Below are positions 28,822-39,085 of a DNA stretch of 64,000 nt, piece after piece (position 1 is the first letter of the stretch; every line of letters starts with the position of its first letter). The position numbers and the translations under genes were made by a program. The notes under the pieces are model-generated. The model was given only the letters and a program-made list of their open reading frames with translations. It was not told where the DNA came from and made no database searches. The stretch lies in IMG/VR virus record IMGVR_UViG_3300048852_000007, positions 1 to 64,000 of that record. One strand, written 5' to 3'. Origin of the DNA: a virus. Taxonomy: Duplodnaviria > Caudoviricetes.

Positions 28822-29427
28822 TCAGTCCCCAACGCTGCCTGCCGCAGCCTGGGCATTGGCCAGACGGGCAAGCTCTTCCTTGGAGAGCTGCGGCATCACC
28901 TCCAGGGCAAACTCCTTGGCCCAGGTCTGCTCCACATGCTCCCGGCCATTGCGCTTGGAGGTGCGGATGTTCAGGAACTTGCGGTTATCAAGGTACCGAT
29001 AGAGGCAGTAGGGGACATGGTAGCCGCTGTCCGTCACCTCGCCATACGGGACAAACTTCCGAACCGTACCAAGATACTCATTGGCCACGGTGATGATCTC
29101 ACCAGGGAGATCCTTCTTCTTTGGATCCAGATTGGTGATCCGCAACCGGACCAGCTTCATCTGCTTCTCCACCAGCATCTGGCGAAGACTGCGCTTCTTA
29201 GCCGGAGGCTGGGTCTCCCCTGCCAGGGGGTTCGCCTGCACAGGCTGCTCAGAGTTGGACTCGTCTTCGCCTTCCATCCGGGCCTGGACGCGTTCCCGAA
29301 GCTTGGCAAGGCTGATGTTGTTGGAAAACTCGATACCCATCATCCGAGCGCGCTGCTTCAGCAGGGCAAGCTCATCACCCTGGAGATTGGCAGACTGGTC
29401 TTCGGTCTGGGTCAGAACGTCGCTCAT
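28822..29427 (-). CDS. Conserved N4-like protein (gp55-like)
   Basis: LVRLRITNLDPKKKDLPGEIITVAN motif; directly downstream of the major capsid gene. Confidence 0.82.
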   Translation of the reverse strand: MSDVLTQTEDQSANLQGDELALLKQRARMMGIEFSNNISLAKLRERVQARMEGEDESNSEQPVQANPLAGETQPPAKKRSLRQMLVEKQMKLVRLRITNLDPKKKDLPGEIITVANEYLGTVRKFVPYGEVTDSGYHVPYCLYRYLDNRKFLNIRTSKRNGREHVEQTWAKEFALEVMPQLSKEELARLANAQAAAGSVGD

Positions 29428-29448
29428 GTTGGTTCCATATGCCTTGAG

Positions 29449-29475
29449 GAAAGAAGGGGAGGCCGAAGCCTCCCC
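29449..29475 (-). terminator. Rho-independent terminator after the major capsid gene
   Basis: On the minus strand GGGGAGGC-TTCG-GCCTCCCC-TTCTTT. Confidence 0.8.
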
Positions 29476-29482
29476 CGTTAGA

Positions 29483-30712
29483 TCAGACCGGGGCGACGGT
29501 CTTCACGACGGCAATGCGCTCAGGACGCTTGATCAGGATGCCGTAGTACCACTTGATCGAGCTGAAGCCGGTCTCACCGTAGGGATCATTGCGATCCGCG
29601 GTTTCCTTGCCCGGCATCTTGGTCATGACGTTGAACTTCACCGACTTGCCATCCGTCTGGAAGCCAATCGTGGTCCAGGAGTCGTCACCCAGCACCAGCA
29701 TCGGGAAGACATCGTACTTCTCGGTGCCGCCAACCGTGGTCGAACGGTAGCCGGGGTTGTCATCTACCGCAGCGCCAGCACCGGCCCAGCTCAGCATCTC
29801 CGGCACCTGCACGATGCGAAAAGCGTCGATGGTCCCGATCTCACCATTCAGCACCGTGCCAGCGTCAGCGTAGTGCTGCACCGCGATGAACGCCTTGTTG
29901 CCGAAGAGATCAGTCAGGCCCTTCAGCAGCGGCACCAGCTCGGAACCAACGAACATCACCCGAGCCGCCGGGATGGTCTTGGTGTCCACCAGGCGAGAGC
30001 CGGTGATCACCGTGGTCTGACGCGGCGTGCGGTTGTCGGTCAGAATCTGATCCAGACGCATCAGGTTCCGATAGGTGACGATGGAGGCCGGGATCTCCGG
30101 AACTTCACCAGCAGCCGGGGTAACCTCACCCGTGATCTCGTCAACGTCGGTAGCCGCACCGGCATAGAGCACCACACCCGCAGCGGCCAGCAGATCACGC
30201 TGGAGCACCGCTTCGGTCAGCTGCACCGCACCCGTCATCAGCTCACGGGAGAGGTGGTTCATCAGATCAGCGTCGGAGTCGAAATCCATCGCCTCCTTGG
30301 TGAACTCGGTGAAGAAGCCAAACTTGTGGATCGAGCCTTCACGCTCCAGACGGGTAAAGCCCACCCGGTTCACCCGACCACCATTCTCAGTCAGCGTCGG
30401 CAGCTTCGAGGTGATGGTGCCGATGTCCTTGGACGACCCATAGAGGTTGCCGTTGGCAATCGTCACACCCGAGGCGTCGATGCCCTGGTCGTTGACGTTG
30501 CGATCATCCAGAAGCGGGACGTACTCATAGACCTTGATGGTCTTGCCGAAATTTTTCGGCATGTTCGTCACCGAAGCCAGCGGCGAGAAATACTGCTCCT
30601 TGCGGGCAGTGATGATCGCGTTCTTCAGCCAGAAGAAAGTGTGCATCTGGTCGGAGCTGGCGCTGTCGATGGAGCTCTTGGAGCCATCGGCAGGAGCATT
30701 GTAGTTCAACAT
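29483..30712 (-). CDS. Major capsid protein (N4 gp56-like)
   Basis: 409 aa; MLNYNAP...EQYFSPLA...GRVNRVGF...[16 protein letters not shown], characteristic of N4-type capsid proteins. Confidence 0.95.
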   Translation of the reverse strand: MLNYNAPADGSKSSIDSASSDQMHTFFWLKNAIITARKEQYFSPLASVTNMPKNFGKTIKVYEYVPLLDDRNVNDQGIDASGVTIANGNLYGSSKDIGTITSKLPTLTENGGRVNRVGFTRLEREGSIHKFGFFTEFTKEAMDFDSDADLMNHLSRELMTGAVQLTEAVLQRDLLAAAGVVLYAGAATDVDEITGEVTPAAGEVPEIPASIVTYRNLMRLDQILTDNRTPRQTTVITGSRLVDTKTIPAARVMFVGSELVPLLKGLTDLFGNKAFIAVQHYADAGTVLNGEIGTIDAFRIVQVPEMLSWAGAGAAVDDNPGYRSTTVGGTEKYDVFPMLVLGDDSWTTIGFQTDGKSVKFNVMTKMPGKETADRNDPYGETGFSSIKWYYGILIKRPERIAVVKTVAPV

Positions 30713-30745
30713 TGTCCTAACTTTCCTTGAAGGGTCTCAACGGGA

Positions 30746-31939
30746 TCAGACCCGACCATTCATCTGCTTCAGGAAATCATCATCACTCATGGCGAGCGGG
30801 TTGATGACGGCCTTGGCAGTCTTGGGCGTGGTCCGAGTGGGGGAAGCCGCAATTGCCTTGTCGCTGTTCGAGACAGTCGGCTTGGGAGCCGCTACCCGAG
30901 TGGCGACAACAGTTGGCTGCGGTGCGGGAGGAGTGGATTTATCCACCAGATCGGCAAAGGCATTCGCCTCGACCAACTGGTCTCCTACGGTCTTGTAAGC
31001 CTGTAGGAAGGGAGTTTCCGGAGAGATCCGCCCCAGAGTTTTCTGCCGATCAATCTCAGCGGCGATGCGGTCATAGATGCCCACTTCTCGCTGCTGGTGG
31101 ATGATCTGCATGACCTCGGGGGAGCCCCACAGCACATCCTTGCTGGCTTGATCCCAGTCGGTGTTGATGACCTTCAGCGTCTCCGTCCCGGTCGGGTTGG
31201 ACTTCAGATCGTCCAGTGCCGTGCGGAACTTCGCTTCCTCATCAGTGACCCGGTGATTGCCTTCGCGGTAGGCTGGCTCAACAGAAGTGTCGATCTCCAT
31301 AGGGTCGATGCCGGAGTCCTTGATCAGCTTCTTGATCGCCTCAGGATTCTTGTTCTGAAGGTCGATCAGGAACGAGAGCTTGCTCTCGTCCAGAAGCTGG
31401 TTGTTCTCCAGCATCAGGAGCACCTTCCGATGCGGGACAAGCGCCTGCATCTTCGCGGTGTAGTTCGCCCCCATCTGCATCAGCTGGATCGCTTCCGCAG
31501 GGGACTTCAGCTCGATCTGCTTACCGTTCGCTTTGAACGGGGCCATGATCTGCTTGTAGAAGCCTTCGTAGTCCGGCGCCTCAGTGGGCTTGGCTTCCTG
31601 GGTCTCACCCTGAGGCGGCTTAACCTGGTCACCGGGAGCCGCAGTCTTAGGCTCCTCGGTCTTAGGTTCGGTCGTCTCGGGGGTGGTGGAACCAGGAAGA
31701 TCAGCCTTAGGCTCGTCCTCATTCGGCTGGGTCGTCGTATCCTCGGCAGAGGTCTCTGCCTCAGTGGTCGCTGCTACCGTCCCCTCAGCGGTGGAGTCTT
31801 CCCCATCACCTTCGACGGTAGCAGGCGTCTCTGTTGCCTGAATGTTCCCTTCAGTGGAAGCAGCTGCCCCCTCAGGGGCAGCCTCCGGAGCATTCTGCTT
31901 CAGGAAATCCTCATCGGACATGCCGAGGAAGTCGGACAT
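30746..31939 (-). CDS. N4 gp57-like protein (probable scaffold)
   Basis: MSDEDF repeated at both termini; acidic Thr/Glu/Pro linker; PFKANGK motif. Confidence 0.8.
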   Translation of the reverse strand: MSDFLGMSDEDFLKQNAPEAAPEGAAASTEGNIQATETPATVEGDGEDSTAEGTVAATTEAETSAEDTTTQPNEDEPKADLPGSTTPETTEPKTEEPKTAAPGDQVKPPQGETQEAKPTEAPDYEGFYKQIMAPFKANGKQIELKSPAEAIQLMQMGANYTAKMQALVPHRKVLLMLENNQLLDESKLSFLIDLQNKNPEAIKKLIKDSGIDPMEIDTSVEPAYREGNHRVTDEEAKFRTALDDLKSNPTGTETLKVINTDWDQASKDVLWGSPEVMQIIHQQREVGIYDRIAAEIDRQKTLGRISPETPFLQAYKTVGDQLVEANAFADLVDKSTPPAPQPTVVATRVAAPKPTVSNSDKAIAASPTRTTPKTAKAVINPLAMSDDDFLKQMNGRV

Positions 31940-32286
31940 TACCGAGCATCCTCTTCAGCACGGGCTTCTACGATGGCCTGATCCAGCTCAGGCATCCGGT
32001 TATCGGCGTACAGCCCCATCTGGCTGGTGACATGCAGAAACCGCAGCAGGTGACCAGAAGCCTGAGCCAGAGCCATGGCATCAGCTCGCTCTTCAGCCTT
32101 CAGCGCCGGATCGGCGGAAGCCTGGGCATAGCGAGCACACTCATCACGGCAGAAGGCTTCGAGGATCACCTTACGAAACTCATGATTCGCTTCCAGCTTG
32201 CGGGCCATTGCGGCAAGCTCGATCTGCGCCTTGTACTTGTCCTTCAGGTTCTCAAGCTCGACAGACTGGGAAATGACTTCAGACAT
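31939..32286 (-). CDS. N4 gp58-like hypothetical protein
   Basis: 115 aa; lies between portal and gp57. Confidence 0.78.
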   Translation of the reverse strand: MSEVISQSVELENLKDKYKAQIELAAMARKLEANHEFRKVILEAFCRDECARYAQASADPALKAEERADAMALAQASGHLLRFLHVTSQMGLYADNRMPELDQAIVEARAEEDAR

Positions 32287-32378
32287 TGCTGATTGGTCCT
32301 TGGTAGGCGAGAGGGTTGCTTCTACTTATCTCTACTAAAGTAGAGACTCTTCTACTCAGTAGGTAGAAGAGCACTACC

Positions 32379-34547
32379 TCATATAACTGCTTCCAGTCTA
32401 TCACTGAGTACGTTGAAACCAATAGCTTCTTCAACTTTAGGGCGCTTCTCACCCTCTTTGACTGGCTTGGTGAGGGCTTTGGTCACTTCCAGAGCCTGAT
32501 TACCTCGGCTCTGAGCCTGTTGTTTCTGCAACTCTCGGGCATGTGTCGTACCCGTCTCTTGCTCAACGAAGTTCAGATCCTGGATATCAGCCTTGGATTT
32601 GGCTTCCTGTGCCCTGGCCTGGTTCAGCTGTGCCTGGCTCTCCAGCTCCAACACCTCGGCCTGGAGCTTCCGCAGTTCGAGCTGCTTCATCTGCTCCACC
32701 AGGGGATCCGGCTGCGGTTTGAAGGTAGCGATCTTGTGGGCCAGAGCCGGCATCCGCTTGAGCTCGGCAATCTCGGCCATGATCAGCTGCGCCAGGTCCG
32801 GCATGTTGGGGCCGACCGTTTGCAGCATAAAGGCCATGTCCTGGGCCTTGGCGTTGTCCACCTCGACCGTGGAGATATCCACTTCCAGGTCGAAGTTGCC
32901 CTTGAGATCCTCCCGGAGCACTTCGACGAACTCAGTGTTGGTGACCCGGACCACCTCCTTGTCGGAGAGGAATTCGGCATTCATGGCGATGATCTTGCGG
33001 CCGATCTCCGTCATGCCCTTCGCCAGGCGACGGAGGATGGCCATCTCCCGCTTGGAGGCAGCGTCCAGCACACCTCGGATACCGGCCGCCACATCGCCAT
33101 AGGCTTCCCCGGAGACGCCACCAGAGAAGCTCTTCACGCCTGTCAGGGCCTCAGCCTCCTGGTTCTGGAGGTTCAGCATCAGGAGTGCGCTCTGCGGCAG
33201 CTCGGGATACTTGTGCTCGATGTGGCCATTGGCGGGATGGACACTCGGGTTGAACTCATAGTCCCGACCATCCTCGAACCGCCGACGGTTCAGCGGATCC
33301 AGCATCCCCTTGGCAAAGCCCTGCTGACCATTGGCCGACCGACCCAGCAGGTCGATCATGCCTCGGGTGACCGCACCCAGGATCTTCTGGTTGTCCTCCA
33401 GCAGCTCGGCATCAGGCTCGCCGTAGAGGTCCCGCTTCACCGGCAGGTAGGGAACCACCACAAAGGGCACTTCCTCGTCCGGGAAGGGATTCATCTCCAT
33501 GCGGATGATGACATCGCCGATCCAGGTAGCGACGAAGGGCACCAGCTTGCCGTTGCCCTCTACGTCGTAGAAACCCCAGTACTCGTAGGCCACCACTTTC
33601 TTGCGGGAAGGGTCGTTGAAATTGAACTCGACCGGGGTCTTGGTCTCATGGTTCGGCTCACTCATCGGAGTGTTGGCCTGCCAGTTGACCTTATCGAGGT
33701 TCTTGTAGCGTTTGCCCTCTTTCTTCAGCTCGGCCTGATAGGTCTCGAAGGAGACGATGACGAACATCGCCTTCGTCAGATCCCCCTCACAGGAGGGGTC
33801 GATGAAGACGTTCCTCGGGTTCATCACCCGAAGAGTGGGCTTGTTCTCGATAACCTTCTCGACGGTGACCTCTTGCTCACCCGTCTGCACCGCCACGGTG
33901 GCGACCTGGTTCTCCTCGTAGTAGGCCACCGCCTCCTTGAGAGCCGGAGGAGCCTTCTCCTCGAAGCCCCGGAGATTCTCTTGCTTCAGTGCCAAAGCCT
34001 GTTGGAGCTGCTCAGCCTGCTCGGGGGTAGTGACCTCAAAGTGGGTCCAGACCGGAGCCATCTCCTTGACCGGGACGGTGACCCGCTTCCAACCCACCTG
34101 GACGATGCTGGTGCCTTCATCCACGGTGGCCCGAACATAGTCGTCGATGAACTTCACCCGGTTGAGTTTGGTGCGGAACTGGTAGTTCAGGACCAGCTCA
34201 TTCTGCTTGGCTCCGGCCTCATCCTCGAAGGTGGTGGGGCTGACCTTGAAGAGCTTGTTGGAACCAAGGAAAGGCTCCGTCAGGGCCGAGTAACGCCACT
34301 CAGCCTGGCGACGAATGAGCTTGGGCTGGACGGAGGAACGCCCCTTGTTCTTGGGAGCAGCCGCACTTCCCCGAACCTGCATCAGGTCGTTCCAATGCTG
34401 GATCCGGGTAACCTGTGCCTGCTGGGCAGGTGTAGCCGCCTCCAGATCCTGCTTCAGTTGCTGGATCGAGGGCTCTTTCTTCCAGCTGGTCAGCTTCTGA
34501 GAGGACGCCTCACTTCGCTGAAACTGCATTCCGTCCATGTAAAGCAT
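32379..34547 (-). CDS. Portal protein (N4 gp59-like)
   Basis: [41 protein letters not shown] motifs; 722 aa. Confidence 0.93.
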   Translation of the reverse strand: MLYMDGMQFQRSEASSQKLTSWKKEPSIQQLKQDLEAATPAQQAQVTRIQHWNDLMQVRGSAAAPKNKGRSSVQPKLIRRQAEWRYSALTEPFLGSNKLFKVSPTTFEDEAGAKQNELVLNYQFRTKLNRVKFIDDYVRATVDEGTSIVQVGWKRVTVPVKEMAPVWTHFEVTTPEQAEQLQQALALKQENLRGFEEKAPPALKEAVAYYEENQVATVAVQTGEQEVTVEKVIENKPTLRVMNPRNVFIDPSCEGDLTKAMFVIVSFETYQAELKKEGKRYKNLDKVNWQANTPMSEPNHETKTPVEFNFNDPSRKKVVAYEYWGFYDVEGNGKLVPFVATWIGDVIIRMEMNPFPDEEVPFVVVPYLPVKRDLYGEPDAELLEDNQKILGAVTRGMIDLLGRSANGQQGFAKGMLDPLNRRRFEDGRDYEFNPSVHPANGHIEHKYPELPQSALLMLNLQNQEAEALTGVKSFSGGVSGEAYGDVAAGIRGVLDAASKREMAILRRLAKGMTEIGRKIIAMNAEFLSDKEVVRVTNTEFVEVLREDLKGNFDLEVDISTVEVDNAKAQDMAFMLQTVGPNMPDLAQLIMAEIAELKRMPALAHKIATFKPQPDPLVEQMKQLELRKLQAEVLELESQAQLNQARAQEAKSKADIQDLNFVEQETGTTHARELQKQQAQSRGNQALEVTKALTKPVKEGEKRPKVEEAIGFNVLSDRLEAVI

Positions 34548-34566
34548 TCCTCAAGTCGCGTTAAAG

Positions 34567-35247
34567 TTACCCTAGCGCAGAGAGGGCAGCTTTGTAGAGT
34601 TCTTTTCTTTCCTGAAGCCCAGCGTCACCACCGTTGATGATCTTGGTACAGGCGACGACATCACCACGACTGGCCGGAATCAGAAGATTATTGGTCCGCC
34701 AGAACCAGAGAGCCGAAGCAACAGCGCCTTGAGGGGTACGGACATAGGCCGCTGCTTCCTCGGGGGTCCTGCCAATGGCCTTACCGAACGCCGTGAAGTT
34801 GGCTCGGCCGGTGAGCTGGATCAGCCCACCACCCCGAAACACCCAGCCATCGTCGGTATCCACACCACGATTGCCCAGACGACCACCGTAGTAGAGGTTG
34901 GCGATCATCTTCTGGTCTGCCCGATGGAGGTAGACACCTCCACTGGTTCGGACATAGCCATAGGCTTCGGCCTGGGCGTTGGTGAAATACTTCCGCCGGT
35001 TGTCGGTCTTAAGGGCCTGGACCGAGTAATTCAGGTTCTCTGAGAGGGTGCTGAAGTGACTGCTCTCATGCGCCAACTGGCACACCAGCATGGCGATACC
35101 CTGCCTGCTGGTGATGGTGTTGAAGCTGTCCCCAGGGACGATCCGTGCTTCGTCCAGCAGGGGGGCATAGAGCCGGGCATTGATGTCATTGGCCCCCACT
35201 GCCCGAAGCAGGTCAGTGGAGATCCGGGCAGCCGGGAGGAAGATCAT
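34567..35247 (-). CDS. Endolysin, glycoside hydrolase family 19
   Basis: QLAHESSHF..L.ENLNYS, FRGGGLIQLTGR.NF, TKIINGG..G..ER; ATG chosen from the TGATG overlap. Confidence 0.9.
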   Translation of the reverse strand: MIFLPAARISTDLLRAVGANDINARLYAPLLDEARIVPGDSFNTITSRQGIAMLVCQLAHESSHFSTLSENLNYSVQALKTDNRRKYFTNAQAEAYGYVRTSGGVYLHRADQKMIANLYYGGRLGNRGVDTDDGWVFRGGGLIQLTGRANFTAFGKAIGRTPEEAAAYVRTPQGAVASALWFWRTNNLLIPASRGDVVACTKIINGGDAGLQERKELYKAALSALG

Positions 35248-35696
35248 CAGCGTCGCACCGACTGAGTGGCGACGCCGTTCCGCTTGTCCTGGCTCCGGAG
35301 CCAAGAGACACCCAGCATCGGTCCAATCAGACCAATGATGTCATCGAGGCCGAGATCAGGACGGGGAACCAGGCCACCAGCGGAGATGCAGGCATAGGCC
35401 CACAAGCCAATGCCCACGGCCGAGCCAATGCCGTAGTACATGAACAGCGACAGGCTACCGACCCAGATGATGGAAGGCCGGGCTCCTGCGACGAACCAGT
35501 GAGGGCTGGCAGCCTCGATCTTCGCCACATCGAGCTGGGCCTGGATCGGCGCCATGGTGGCTTCGAGCTCAGCCCGCATCTTGATAGCATCGGCATTGGC
35601 CCGGTCCTCAGGACGCGGCCAAAGGCGAGCCATGACGTTATCAATGACGCTGCTCACCGAAGAAGCCAGCGTCCCCATACCAGTAAGATCACTCAT
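35247..35696 (-). CDS. Holin-like membrane protein (3TM-holin type)
   Basis: EAAS.HWFVAGARP.IIW and MLGVSWLRS.DK.NGVA motifs; adjacent to the endolysin. Confidence 0.75.
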   Translation of the reverse strand: MSDLTGMGTLASSVSSVIDNVMARLWPRPEDRANADAIKMRAELEATMAPIQAQLDVAKIEAASPHWFVAGARPSIIWVGSLSLFMYYGIGSAVGIGLWAYACISAGGLVPRPDLGLDDIIGLIGPMLGVSWLRSQDKRNGVATQSVRR

Positions 35697-35719
35697 GCTG
35701 AGTCCTCTTCTTCAGTGCA

Positions 35720-36454
35720 TCAGGCGACGATGAAGCCCATGTACGGGCTGCCTGGCGCCCCCGTACCTGGGGCCAGGGACGGCAGTGCGGCCGGGAAGAA
35801 GCTGTTGGCGGCTGCATAAGTGAGAGCGGCGGTCAGCCGGGACGAACTGCCGCTAGTCGAGATTCCCGAGAACGTGGTCCCGCCCGTGTACCAGGCGAAG
35901 CCGCCGGCCTGGATAACGTTGTGCGCCCAAGTGCCGGGTTGGGCCGCACCGTTAAAGCAGGCCGTGGTGATGTACATACCAGGTGGAAGGGTCAGATTAG
36001 TTGAGAACAACCCATCCGCCGCCCCCACCGCCCCATTCATGTCGATGTCGTTGACGATCTCGGCCAGTTTGGCGCCTGCGAGCGAGTAGATCGCCATCTT
36101 GCCGCTGACGCCTGCGACGGCCGTGCCAATCCGCAGTGATAATCCTGAGATGGTCACAGGATGCAGGATCGACGTGTACTGAGCGTACAACGTATTCGCT
36201 GTAACAGCGGCATTGTTGATAAGCGACTGCGTAAGAAGCGGGCCGTACCGCCTACCACTGACATAACCAGGATGGCTCCGATCAGGAGCACCTTCATCCG
36301 CAAGCCGTTGAGCGATACTATCAATGCTCTCCAAAACATCCAGCTGCTTTCGAGCAGATCCTGTGATCATAAGTTCAACTCCGGCGAATGCGGCAAGTTT
36401 GGCTTCAATGTTCCCTAGAACATTGAGAAGGTTTTCAGCAGCAAGGTCAGGCAT
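35720..36454 (-). CDS. Hypothetical late protein, beta-rich C-terminus (possible tail accessory)
   Basis: 244-aa ORF with AGGGGA RBS in the late module. Confidence 0.7.
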   Translation of the reverse strand: MPDLAAENLLNVLGNIEAKLAAFAGVELMITGSARKQLDVLESIDSIAQRLADEGAPDRSHPGYVSGRRYGPLLTQSLINNAAVTANTLYAQYTSILHPVTISGLSLRIGTAVAGVSGKMAIYSLAGAKLAEIVNDIDMNGAVGAADGLFSTNLTLPPGMYITTACFNGAAQPGTWAHNVIQAGGFAWYTGGTTFSGISTSGSSSRLTAALTYAAANSFFPAALPSLAPGTGAPGSPYMGFIVA

Positions 36455-36472
36455 CTGTATTCCCCTGTTTGT

Positions 36473-36700
36473 TCAATGAGCAGGGTAGAATTTGGCGATC
36501 AGAGCACCGATGGCGCCGCTGATTGACACCAGAGTCATGACTGTCTTCCAACCACCCTTGGCTTGAGCCATGGCATCCCGCATTTCGCGGATCTGTCCGG
36601 CCATAGTGTCCAAGGTCTTGACCAGATTCTCCACTTCTCCTCTGAGATGCTTCACCTCAGTCTCAAGCTGGCCGAACTCACGCGCAGATATTTCAGCCAT
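36473..36700 (-). CDS. Small coiled-coil protein with a C-terminal TM (holin/antiholin-like)
   Basis: REFGQLE..V..L coiled coil; GGWKTVMTLVSISGAIGALI TM segment. Confidence 0.7.
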   Translation of the reverse strand: MAEISAREFGQLETEVKHLRGEVENLVKTLDTMAGQIREMRDAMAQAKGGWKTVMTLVSISGAIGALIAKFYPAH

Positions 36701-36881
36701 TGGTCGAACCTCAGGGATACCTCAGGGGAGGGGTGTATTTGGAACAGTGATAGAATAAAGCAGTCCTCTAAAGCCAGAGAGGGTGTTGCTTTGCATGATG
36801 TTTAGGAGGTGGTGGAACCAGTAACTGGTCTTCCACTACGACCCAAAGTTACCTCTATTGGGGTTAGTCCTTATTCAGAGA

Positions 36882-39053
36882 CTAACGCACCAACCATTCT
36901 TCGATACCTGGGGCGACTTCTCCCAGGAATACCCAGCGGTCTCCTCGGGGAGTGCCAGTACGAAGACGCAAGCGACCCAGCAAGCCGACCAAGCACCACT
37001 CGGGACGGTCCTCCCGTGAGGTGTAAGTCAGCTCGGGATCGAAGTCCGGGTTGAGTACCCGTTCTCCTGCTATGTCCAGAACCAGAGAACCGTAGACATC
37101 ACGGAGATACTTCCCCCGCCATTGCAGGGTATCTCCGCTACCAACCACGGCAGGCACGGCTGAGACTGCTCCAATCAGGGCAGTAGGGGGGTCACCCTCG
37201 ATTGCCAGACGGATCTTGCTGGATCCAGCAGACACCACCGGCAGACCCCGACGATCCTCTTCGGACGGATTGCCGTCCTCCCATTCCATCCATTCTGCGT
37301 AGTCGGCTCCTCCGCCGGTCCAAGCTCCATCACACCAGGCATTGCCATCCCCACGCAGCAGAAAGCTGTTGTTCGTGCCTGCATCAGTCTGGGCGTGCAG
37401 GTGGAGGAACCCGGTACTTGCAGCTCGGGTCGCCGTAGTCTGTATCAGATCCCCGGTGAACCCACTGTGCGTTGCTTCTACCTTATGAACGGTAACCGCC
37501 GCCTGGGGAGACGACGCACTCAACTCGTCGAAGACGCCATTGTCGTCCCGCATGAACAGCCGAGCACCTGCCCCATAGAAAGGCAGCGGAGCAGTGTTCT
37601 CAGTGTCGTAGCTGTCAATGCGATTCCGGTTGCTGGGTATGACCGCAACCTCGGTACCTTGGGCAATAACCCCACCAGCGCCGGGAGATAGCTGATAGAA
37701 CCTGTTGGCTCGGGCAGTCCGTAGGGCATCGACGCCAGCACACAGGACAACACCCACACCCGTACCACCGCCAAAGCGGAACAGCCGGGTATTCAGGAAG
37801 AGGTTGTTGTCAGCGTTGGAAAGCAGCAGTCCGGTGTTGAATTTGTAGAGCCCGAACACATCGTAGAACACATTGAAGCTGGTGTTCGCTTCCACCGGAA
37901 GAATCGCACCCTCCTGACCATCCAGGGTCAGAATCGTCCCGGCCGCAGTGCCAACTTGCTTTCCTTGGATCCAGAACCGGCAATGCTGGGTATCCCGAGC
38001 CTCCCCCAGCGTATCAATGACACCGACATAAACCCCATGAACCGCGGTGTCCTCGACGTAGACATCAAAATCACCATGGAAGCAGGATCGAACCTGAAGG
38101 CCCGTCCCTGCTCGGGTGGTTCCATTGCTACCCGTCAAGGCGATCCGCTTGACCGCAGCACCAGAAACCCGCTGACCCAGAACATTCGCATCTGGCTCGA
38201 CGGTGACCATGGTACCGCCATTGGCACCGCCCCAAAGGAACCTGGTGCAGAAATCGGAGGTGGCACTCAATGCGTCATGTTGATTGCCACCCGCTTCACC
38301 CAGCAATCGGACATTGGATTTACGAACACGCACACCACTGTTGAGCAGGTACGTCCCATGCCCGAACAGGAGGGTGCCACCGCCCCGTGCCTCAAGTGTG
38401 TTGATGGCTTGTTGGATAGCTGCTGCATCATCGACCAGGCCAGTACCGACTGCACCGAAATCACGAGCGTGCAGCGTATCGGCAAAGCGTGCGCTCAATA
38501 GACGAGATGTAGGGGTACCAGCGGCCGTCACAGAAGCCGCCGAGGCATTGCCTGTCAGCGTTGCCAGCGACGCATCCATCTCGTCGCTCAAAGCGTCCAG
38601 CCCATCATTGATAGAGGTCTGAAGCGATGAAGTCGCCGTCGAGATTTGAGAGTTTACATTCGTCTGGAGCGACGCCAGATCCGCATCTACACTGGTCTGA
38701 AGTGCCTCAAAGCTTGTCTGAAGAGAGTCAACCTCAACCTGAAGCGCGTCAATCTGAGTGTCCAGGCTTGTCTGGAGCGCAGTTGTTGCCTCCAGCAGCT
38801 CAGCATCCAGATAGGTCTGAAGCTCCGTTGTCAGCGCGTCTCCGATATAGGAGTGCAGGTCACTGACCTCGAACATCCCAGGATTCGAGCCCTTATAGCC
38901 AACCAGCTTGCTCGGAGCCGTGACAGGACCAAGGGAAGGTAGCTCTGATAGGAGCGTCGCAAAGGGATCAGGCGACACCATCTGGCTGGAATGCGTCTCC
39001 CATTGGTTTGTGGAGACGAATTCCTCGAAGGGCACGTAAGGCTGAATAGCCAT
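36882..39053 (-). CDS. Tailspike 1: coiled-coil stalk, beta-helix domain and C-terminal autocleaving chaperone (peptidase G2-like)
   Basis: HARDFGAVGTG..DDAAAIQ pectate-lyase-3-like start; ADYAEW...VVG...LNPDFDP...EDRPEW.LVGLLG tail. Confidence 0.85.
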   Translation of the reverse strand: MAIQPYVPFEEFVSTNQWETHSSQMVSPDPFATLLSELPSLGPVTAPSKLVGYKGSNPGMFEVSDLHSYIGDALTTELQTYLDAELLEATTALQTSLDTQIDALQVEVDSLQTSFEALQTSVDADLASLQTNVNSQISTATSSLQTSINDGLDALSDEMDASLATLTGNASAASVTAAGTPTSRLLSARFADTLHARDFGAVGTGLVDDAAAIQQAINTLEARGGGTLLFGHGTYLLNSGVRVRKSNVRLLGEAGGNQHDALSATSDFCTRFLWGGANGGTMVTVEPDANVLGQRVSGAAVKRIALTGSNGTTRAGTGLQVRSCFHGDFDVYVEDTAVHGVYVGVIDTLGEARDTQHCRFWIQGKQVGTAAGTILTLDGQEGAILPVEANTSFNVFYDVFGLYKFNTGLLLSNADNNLFLNTRLFRFGGGTGVGVVLCAGVDALRTARANRFYQLSPGAGGVIAQGTEVAVIPSNRNRIDSYDTENTAPLPFYGAGARLFMRDDNGVFDELSASSPQAAVTVHKVEATHSGFTGDLIQTTATRAASTGFLHLHAQTDAGTNNSFLLRGDGNAWCDGAWTGGGADYAEWMEWEDGNPSEEDRRGLPVVSAGSSKIRLAIEGDPPTALIGAVSAVPAVVGSGDTLQWRGKYLRDVYGSLVLDIAGERVLNPDFDPELTYTSREDRPEWCLVGLLGRLRLRTGTPRGDRWVFLGEVAPGIEEWLVR

Positions 39054-39085
39054 GACTCTTTATGCTCCGACACAAGAATTGGAGA

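Noticed and set aside
27982-34637. Long + strand ORFs (499, 549 and 705 aa) opposite gp54/gp55, capsid and portal, and similar shadows opposite vRNAP, primase and tailspikes
   Set aside because: Antisense shadows expected from GC-rich third-codon bias; no RBS, no motifs, and they fully overlap well-supported genes
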